A DNA stretch of 57,619 bases, counting the filler, from Basidiobolus ranarum (taxonomy: Eukaryota), in the NCBI GenBank assembly GCA_040143965.1. It is 7 parts of 7 records of this genome, joined end to end, with 100 filler letters (N's around TTAATTAATTAA, not from the genome) between each part and the next. Parts side by side here need not be neighbours in the genome. Positions count along the whole stretch, not along the records: positions 49,491 to 57,619 come from JASJQH010001013.1; 6 more parts are not named here. One strand, given 5' to 3'. A model generated the notes under the pieces. That model was not told where the DNA came from. It worked only from the letters and a program-made list of their open reading frames with translations, and did not search any database. The position numbers were made by a program, and so were the translations under genes. Shown piece by piece: positions 49,912 to 57,619 of this stretch (the first letter of the stretch is position 1; the number at the start of each line of letters is the position of its first letter).

Positions 49912-51760
49912 GCTTTCTTACTACCTAATTGAGTCAATCAAGATTTAAAATTTACATGGAAATAGATGTACATATGCGCTACTAGGCTTTAGCATTGCTT
50001 CTTAAAGATATCTGAAGCATTCATAAAGATTTTGAGGTTGTGAAAACGTTCACTTACCCAGTTAACTTCTATAGTGAAAACTCGGTGCGCGAGATTTGTA
50101 ATCTGGTAAAAGTCGCTTTGTGTGTTTGAATCGCTTTTCCAAGATAGATTAACCTCTGACTTTACGTTAGCCAGTTTTCTCTGATGTCTAAATTCTATTT
50201 TAAAGATGCTGCAGAAAACAACTTCAGATGCTGAAGAGCTACTTCGATAGTAAATGTCGAACTTTATCCCCATTTATACTGCCGCTACCTGCTGCGGTTG
50301 AATACTCTTTACATGCATAAAGTTATGGGACTCAAATCATCTCCAGGCTCGAACTTTACAATAAGGTTTGTGCAATCAGATTGAGATCTAGATGTTTATT
50401 GAGATTGGCATATAGATAATGACGAGTGTAGGAGAATCATTTCATTGGCCATATATACATGATGAAATATAATTGCCAAAGAGTCGGGAGTACCGTGTAT
50501 GTAACCAGCATTGCTCCCAAATGTATCCTTCGTGTGTTATTACTATTGTTCAAGTTGCATAATCGAAACTTTTAGAATAAGGCTATAAATAAAATACACT
50601 TTACCATCAGAGGTTTAGAACGATTCAATTATCGCCCAGATGGCAATTTCGGCAATTATTCTGATATTTAACCAGTGGTTTTCATACATTCGAATTATTA
50701 GTAACATTAGTTGAAATTACCTGGGTGCCTTGATTTAGAATTAAGTATACAATATTACTCTATTCGACATGAAAAATGTCATTGTGAGCTTCATCCCTTT
50801 AAACTGTTAAATGGTGGCATCTGGTAGGCCATTGAGCATACCGCATCACATGTTTGTGCTAGCTGACAGAATCAAGAGCATTAAAAGCTAAGCCTTGGTA
50901 ACCGCCAACAATTATTGGAATATTCCATTCGCAACTGCGTGAGCTCGGATATCGGTCTAAAGAGGTTAATGTTTATTCAGACACTTTAGGGTTCAGATCT
51001 CCATAAAGGCTCACCAATTACATCTGAAACTCTTTGTCGCGTCTATAAACGTGTTATATATATAATCTAACCATACTTTATGTTTAATCAAATGGCTTAG
51101 CAATAATGCTCCTCATCCATATCTCGTGAAGATCCAGAAAACCGTGATGAGAACCGAGATCTAGCTAGAACACTCCTCAATTTACCACTGATGGTTTGAT
51201 GCGCTTGGTCTGAAACTTCATGGCTTCCGATGAGTAGTGAATCATCTTCTGGACAATCTTTCTCCGGGGTTGGATTGACATGTATATTGGTATAGGTCTT
51301 GTTCGTCCCATACATTCATTGGCATCTGTAGTTCATCAAGATCCTAGCTCTCAACGCAAACCTTCAGATGGGTTAAAGATTACTCGCCAGTTCTCAGCAT
51401 GCTAATCAGCATCATTCACGCCTTTAAAAGATCAACAATTAATCATTGAGTCGTACTAGGCTAATCACCAATGAAATGAACTTCGAAAACAGACTGCCGT
51501 GTACACGACATCTGGGAAAAGATTCTCAAAGCGTGCTGAGGCATCGAATCTAAGAACTTCGCTCGATTGATTAATCAAGAATTCAAAAAGTTGGGGAAAT
51601 TCCAATTCCTTGGCTGCGATGAACGAATGAAGAAATAATTTTTCGATCGGGAAAAAAAAAACGTGACTTTGAAAGTGATGGTGGATTATAAGCCATTGTT
51701 GGGCTTCTGTATACTCCTTCTCCCGGTTGATTAGTTATTTCGGTCACAAGAGCTCATCAA

Positions 51761-53010
51761 ATGGACACTCTTATCTTACGCGGAACTCTTGAAGGTTAGT
51801 TTGTATAGCAACTTGGGTTAGACATTTCGCATAGTTTTGTATCTTAGACGTGTAGTGGATAGATGGATGGATAGATATTTCTTTACGGGTTCTAACTTCT
51901 TTATGTCACTGATTAGGTCATACTGGATGGGTCACCGCCATTGCCACCTCCCCTGAAAACCCTGATATGGTTTTGTCTGCTTCCCGCGACAAGTCTATCC
52001 TCATTTGGAATTTGATTCGCGATGAATCCCAGTATGGTGTTCCTCGTAAGGCTCTTCGTGGTCATAACCACTTCGTTTCCGATGTTGCTATTTCTTCTGA
52101 TGGTCAATTTGCTCTCTCTGCTTCTTGGGATAAGACCCTTCGTTTGTGGGATCTTAACACCGGTGTCACCACCCGCAGATTCGTTGGTCACGATAAAGAT
52201 GTTACCACCGTTGCTTTCTCTGCCGACAACCGTCAAATTGTCTCTGGTTCTCGCGATAAGTCCATCAAGTTGTGGAATACCTTAGGTGAATGTAAATATA
52301 ACCTTACTGAGAACGGTCACTCTGAATGGGTTTCTTGCGTTCGTTTCTCCCCTAACCCTGCCAACCCCGTCATCGTTTCCGCTGGTTGGGATAAGCTTGT
52401 TAAGGTAATATATCTCTCTATTCAAATGTCCCTGTTTCTACTATATGATGTTTCTATATATTTGCTACTTCAGAAGAGGGTCGCACCTTGCATGAGACAA
52501 ATTTCACCTAATTTCTGAATATTTACGAACCCTTGCATTCGGTTTTATTGAAATTGCATTGCTGACCATCAATTTGTATCCATCTAGGTTTGGGATCTTT
52601 CCAAGTGCAAGATCCGTACTAACCACATCGGTCACACTGGTTACGTTAACACCATCACTATCTCTCCTGATGGTTCTCTTTGCGCCTCTGGTGGCAAGGA
52701 TGGTGTTGTTATGTTGTGGGATCTTAATGACGGTAAGCACCTTTACTCCTTGGAGGCTGGTGATGAGATCAACGCCTTGATCTTCAGTCCCAACAGATAC
52801 TGGCTCTGTGCTGCCACCTCCTCAGGAATCAAGATCTGGGATTTGGAATCCAAGTCCATTGTTGATGAACTTCGTCCTGAGTTCGTTGGTGTTGGTCGCA
52901 AATCCGCTGATCCCCAATGCGTTTCCCTTGCTTGGTCCGCTGATGGCAATACTCTCTTCTCTGGTTATACTGACAACCTTATCCGTGTCTGGCAAGTCAT
53001 CAGAGCTTAA
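51761..53010 (+). CDS. RACK1: RACK1/Asc1/Cpc2 WD40 ribosomal scaffold (introns 51795-51916, 52405-52587)
   Basis: [69 protein letters not shown]. Confidence 0.98.
52441..52522 (+). ncRNA. snR24: Box C/D snoRNA U24/snR24-like in RACK1 intron 2
   Basis: Box C ATGATGT (52445-52451), guide ATATTTGCTACTT plus D' CAGA, C' ATGAGA, box D CTGA (52515-52518), short TAT/ATA terminal stem; yeast U24 lies in the ASC1 intron and has the same D' guide as I recall it. Confidence 0.88.
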
Positions 53011-53340
53011 GCAGTTATCTTTTAGCTCGTACTCTTTTACAGTGTAAAAATAAATTCTCCTGCACCTAATATCTCATCGTTCAAATACAAAAATAATATT
53101 ATGCATTTCCGTGATTAACTAACTCAATCCAATGATATATTGAATTCCCATGTATTTAAAGTAATATACCTAAGTAAACAGTCTTTATTTTTAAGTCTTT
53201 CTATTGGTCAGCCCCTTGACGTGAACTTGTTCACCCAGAAGATCAAATGTAAATTTGGATTCTGACGATAGGGACTATCTACACTACTACAAGCTTCTTT
53301 GATGTAAATCTTCCTTGAAATATAACTAAGCACAAAAAAG

Positions 53341-53882
53341 ATGTCTACTTCTCGTCAGCGAATTCCTAACGTTACCGGTAAAGCCAATTTTGACGAAAAG
53401 GTAGTTGGCACTCATGAGGTAGAACGGATGAAGACCAAAAAATCACCCTTAATGAAGAGACTCGAATTACTCGCATTTGTCTTATTCTCTTCTTGGTTTG
53501 GTTGGGTATTTGAAGTGTTGGAAGTACCTTATGATCCGCGTTTATACAGGTACTTTTGTGTTTTCCAAGTTCATCTGTGTTCGTGATACTGATTTTCTTA
53601 TTCTTTTATAGCACTTTCTTTAAGATGGGCCTCTTTTCTCTTGGCTTTTCAGTGCTGATCTTTCTCTACATAGCTATCTATCTTCCCTACATTGCTGGTA
53701 CTCCAGTAGATCTTAAAAATTGGCGAGTCACTATACCGCGACATGTTCAAGCTTCCACTTCCTTGGGAGTAGCGTCTTATTTTTCATTTACCATCGCTTG
53801 TTGGCCAATTTGGGGCTTTATGAGTCCAATAGTGGTATTTGTAGAAGCTATTGGCTTTCTTGCATTGTTTAGTATGTTTTAA
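53341..53882 (+). CDS. TMEM128: TMEM128-like membrane protein (intron ~53550-53610)
   Basis: Hydrophobic helices; IFLYIAIYLP and FTIACWPIWGFMSPIVVF..IGF resemble the TMEM128 family. Confidence 0.75.
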
Positions 53883-56622
53883 AGTAACGTTCATTTCTTT
53901 GGAAATTCCAATGGGAGTTATTTCCTTCACTTCACAAGGGTTTACATTTGTGTAGAATAGTGTAGAGAATATGAGTACTTCTGTCTAGGGCTCTTCAAAT
54001 GCACTTGAGACGATTTATGAAGTATAAAATCGCCTCAAATAAAGTGGTTTTATTTACATGCGTAGTATCTCGGGTTTAGAATAATGTTAAATCATATCTG
54101 GAACATAACCAGACAGGGCTGATGGTTAGTTCCATACATTCCAGTCCATAGAATTAGGTATTCATTGAATGAACTCAAGGCTATTATATTTCCCAATCCC
54201 TTTTTTGTCTCATTGCTAAGATCACAGGTTTGTAAGCGTATCATTGTGCAAGAAATAAAAAGACTCAGTCCAAACAAAGGAGCCCGAGAACTTCTATCAA
54301 AGTTCAGACTACAGGTTGTTTGCCCGTTTCTCATTTTCCATTCGTGTTGAAGTGGTGAGTGATGAAGGTTTATTGGAGCCAATTCCGCCAATAATTCAAT
54401 CTGAAGTACTGGAAATCACCGCTGGTGGTATTCACTCCTGGATTGATGCGATACTGCGTATAAGTAGTACATATTGACGCTATAATGGTCAATTTCTTAG
54501 ATATTTGTAACCTCACAGCCATCAGTACTTCATTTAAGAATCACTTGATCATTAGAAGAAAATATAATTTTCGGCAAGAGCAGTGATTTGGCGCTGGTCA
54601 AGTGGCGTGATGAGTGCAGTGCAGACCTGAATGACCAGAGAAAGAGTAGTATTGACCTTATATCTAGAAATTCCACGACATATTTAAAGTGACAATTCAG
54701 GTTAGGTTGCATATTATACAATTACTGTCGCTAGCATTTTCCTAAGCCTCTCGTAATTTGCCGACGTTGCAAGTCAGAAAGGTTTCCTGCTAAACTTTGG
54801 TATTCCAAGTTTTGACTTAAGATAAGGCTTTCTCAATAGGTGTGCATGGTTTTTTGGTTTATGAAAGGTTTGTGACAGGTGCGGCTGATTCACAGTTTTG
54901 ATGGAGAGATCCTTCTGACTTAGTCGATACCGATTTGAAAGATTTGGGCTAGAAATACTCGCTCAATACTGGTCGAGTGGGAGTCATATAGTGTGCATTA
55001 AGCTGATGAAACAAACCAAATGGGAGCTTACTTGGATTTTCCGTTAAAGACAAGGTATCAAGGATAAATGAGATGGACTCTATAAATCTCAAAATCTTTT
55101 TAAATAAGGAGGATTGAACAGGAAAGTCCGTATCTTGGTCTGATATACATTCCTAAATAGTACTCGCCGTCAGACTTTGTCGTTAAATGTGAAAGTTAAC
55201 CCCATACCAGAAATATTGCAGTAAATATTATTTACTGGACGTTCCGGTTGGTGCAGTTGAGATCTAGGCAGTGAAGGTGGTAAGAGTAAGCGGGGAAAAT
55301 CTCTATAATCTACACCATGTAAAGCTTATATATCTAGAGATGAAGTACTTTGATATCACTCACTCCAGCCGCTACCTAGACAACATACAGTATGCACAAA
55401 TCTCATTTTACGGTTGTATCTAAATTACATCAGCTAAAACACAACCTTTGCCAGTTTACTTGGAGTCATATAATAAGCGGTCCTTGACAATGCTAAAAAC
55501 CTGAGATATCTATAATTATCTCGTGAGATCGCCAACAAGCTGGTACGAAACCAACTCTTAATAATATGCTGCTAAAAGTAGATATACGATGGATGAGGTT
55601 ATGAACTAATATATCTTGGGAGTATTGAGCATTGTAAATCAACAAATTGAATCTGACTCGACTGCTTGTACTGCTGCAGGAATATTGTAGATAGATTGGC
55701 CAATATCCTGTCAAAAATTAATTGGAATCCGTAAAGTATAATCTCGTACTCTTCATCAAATTTGAGCAAGAGAGGCGATTTCAAGTATATTACAAGGATT
55801 TCGTGTTGATAAGAGTGGACCTGTTATATTGTGACCACTATTTTAAAAAATTTAATTCTCAGCTCAGCTCAGAGAAAGGTAAGTGCGTAGATTTAGAGCC
55901 CAATACATCAATATTCTCATTAAATTGGATTCCAATGGAAGCTATGAGTTTTTTAGCCATTGAAGCATCATCACTCATGTTATTTTCGTAGGATTTTTGA
56001 AATCTGCGATGGCTGATTGTTGATTTCTAAACACTATTTCCATCAACTTGTGTTAAAACCCACGGATAATACCCATACTACATAGCAAATCGCCCTTGGA
56101 ATATTCCCAGCACAACTAGTGACATTGCTTACAGAGTTGGACTTAATATCCTTCATAATAAGGACTTATTCTTAATAAATAGTGATATGCCGCTAAAATG
56201 GGTTTAGTCCATTATGTTTACTATCGAGGTTGAGTGGGAGGTTCAGTAAGATAACGCCTTCAAGAGATTCCAGCACCGCTTAGGAGATCCAGTTGAATGA
56301 GTCTTTGTACAAAGATCGGTCACTGATTTTATTATCTGTGCTTTGTTAATTAATACCACGATATAAAGAATTTACATACAAATGTGCAAGATCTTCTACA
56401 GTTTGGGGCGCTATGGAGGATTCGGATGAATACTATAAGCTCTTATTCCTAAACGTAGCTGAAAGATTTCTGAATGCAATACACCAAACCACAGCCAGTA
56501 GAATAGAGCAACTTATTTAGAAGGCTATGAAGGTTACATCGAAAAACACTAATCAACACCCTCAAGGAATCATGTGGGCGTAGAGTGGTTGCTGTCACTT
56601 CGAAAGGCACCTTTCCCTCTAC

Positions 56623-57252
56623 TCAGAACTCTTTACGCAATAGATCCAACCAAATAAGTAGAGTAGTCGCAATCCAACTTCCATAGCCAATCAATATCAA
56701 GTCCCTTGTCGAACATGCTAAACCGAAAATAACACTCTGAATATTGACAAGGCAGCTACCTTCTATACATAGCAAAGAAGAGAGTATTGCACTCCATGCC
56801 AGGCTCATTGTTAGATGAATCATAAATTGTAGGACTTTACGATGCCTCTGCTTGGATACATGATAGAGTAGCGGGGTTTCTTCCTTATCTGGGTCGACGG
56901 CTGCGGGTGATTCTGGTAATGGTAGATAGATTGTTTTCCTAACAGTTCTTAGTAACTTGTTGATAATATAATATGTTGCTATTACCCACGAAAGCGTTTC
57001 AATAGAAAGCAACAACCCGTAAAGAATGGAAGGATAAGCATTGAATAGAGATAGCGTTAGTCGGAAGAGTATTGTATTGATTACTAGGATGAAAACGCGA
57101 AGAAAGACTAGTGGCCGCCGATGAATTCGATTCCGCTTTTGATCCAGCTGTGGAGATAAATATTCTGGAGATATAAAAGAGACATATTGTGACCGAGACG
57201 GAATAGTGATTCTCATATTGACCTTTTTTTGAATCGACTGAAGTTGAGTCAT
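56623..57252 (-). CDS. Hypothetical multi-pass membrane protein (209 aa)
   Basis: ATG-initiated intronless ORF, about four hydrophobic segments, EETPLL dileucine-type motif, TATA-like element upstream. Confidence 0.65.
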   Translation of the reverse strand: MTQLQSIQKKVNMRITIPSRSQYVSFISPEYLSPQLDQKRNRIHRRPLVFLRVFILVINTILFRLTLSLFNAYPSILYGLLLSIETLSWVIATYYIINKLLRTVRKTIYLPLPESPAAVDPDKEETPLLYHVSKQRHRKVLQFMIHLTMSLAWSAILSSLLCIEGSCLVNIQSVIFGLACSTRDLILIGYGSWIATTLLIWLDLLRKEF

Positions 57253-57619
57253 TGAATTAGTATCTTTGATGAAAGACAGAGCCGGAAGTCCACCCTATTT
57301 ATATATCTCTGGCACGCTGTGATTTGATCTGTAATAATCATCCGAAAAGACTACTTGAAGGACAAACGAGACCTTCTCTATGCAGTACATCGGTTACAAT
57401 CAAATCAATGACCCCGAAGTGGAAGATTGCTCTTCCGCAGATAAAATATGCTTTGCTTAAGACTTGACAATTTACAATCCAAGGGCTACTCAATTTTGTG
57501 TTTCGAACTAAAATAGTTAAAACATCGTGACTGAAGGATAATACTCTTAGAGGCCACTCTGTTGTTTGTTGTATCTAAATGGTTCACATAGCAGGATTTA
57601 CCGGGTATACTTCTAACCA

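Overview
Eukaryotic, intron-rich fungal genomic DNA. An early-diverging lineage such as Basidiobolus is my inference from gene content, not a database result. The window is not one locus: it is seven unlinked contigs of steadily decreasing length (8164, 8161, 8155, 8142, 8136, 8132, 8129 bp) joined by artificial N44-TTAATTAATTAA-N44 linkers, so adjacency across linkers means nothing. Contig 1: F-box/LRR gene, decayed NRPS, Gfo/Idh/MocA oxidoreductase, TE debris. Contig 2: FlbC-like C2H2 factor, micro-exon-rich RSAD1/HemW radical SAM gene, stack of copia LTRs. Contig 3: tandem array of decayed NRPS-like units, GPI-protein remnant, copia 3' end. Contig 4: nested copia/gypsy graveyard. Contig 5: animal-type heme peroxidase, atypical PDI, two tandem galactokinases. 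Contig 6: GSIII 3' end, WBP4-like, RPL13, RPL32, DCP1, S8 protease. Contig 7: RPB1 5' end, RACK1 hosting a U24-like snoRNA, TMEM128-like, orphan membrane protein. I cannot demonstrate a wholly new system. The best leads are the miniaturised NRPS-like tandem array, Tbf1/Cbf1-like motifs at ribosomal-protein promoters, near-total CpG loss confined to TEs, the intronic U24 with a diverged D guide, and several enzymes with altered catalytic motifs.
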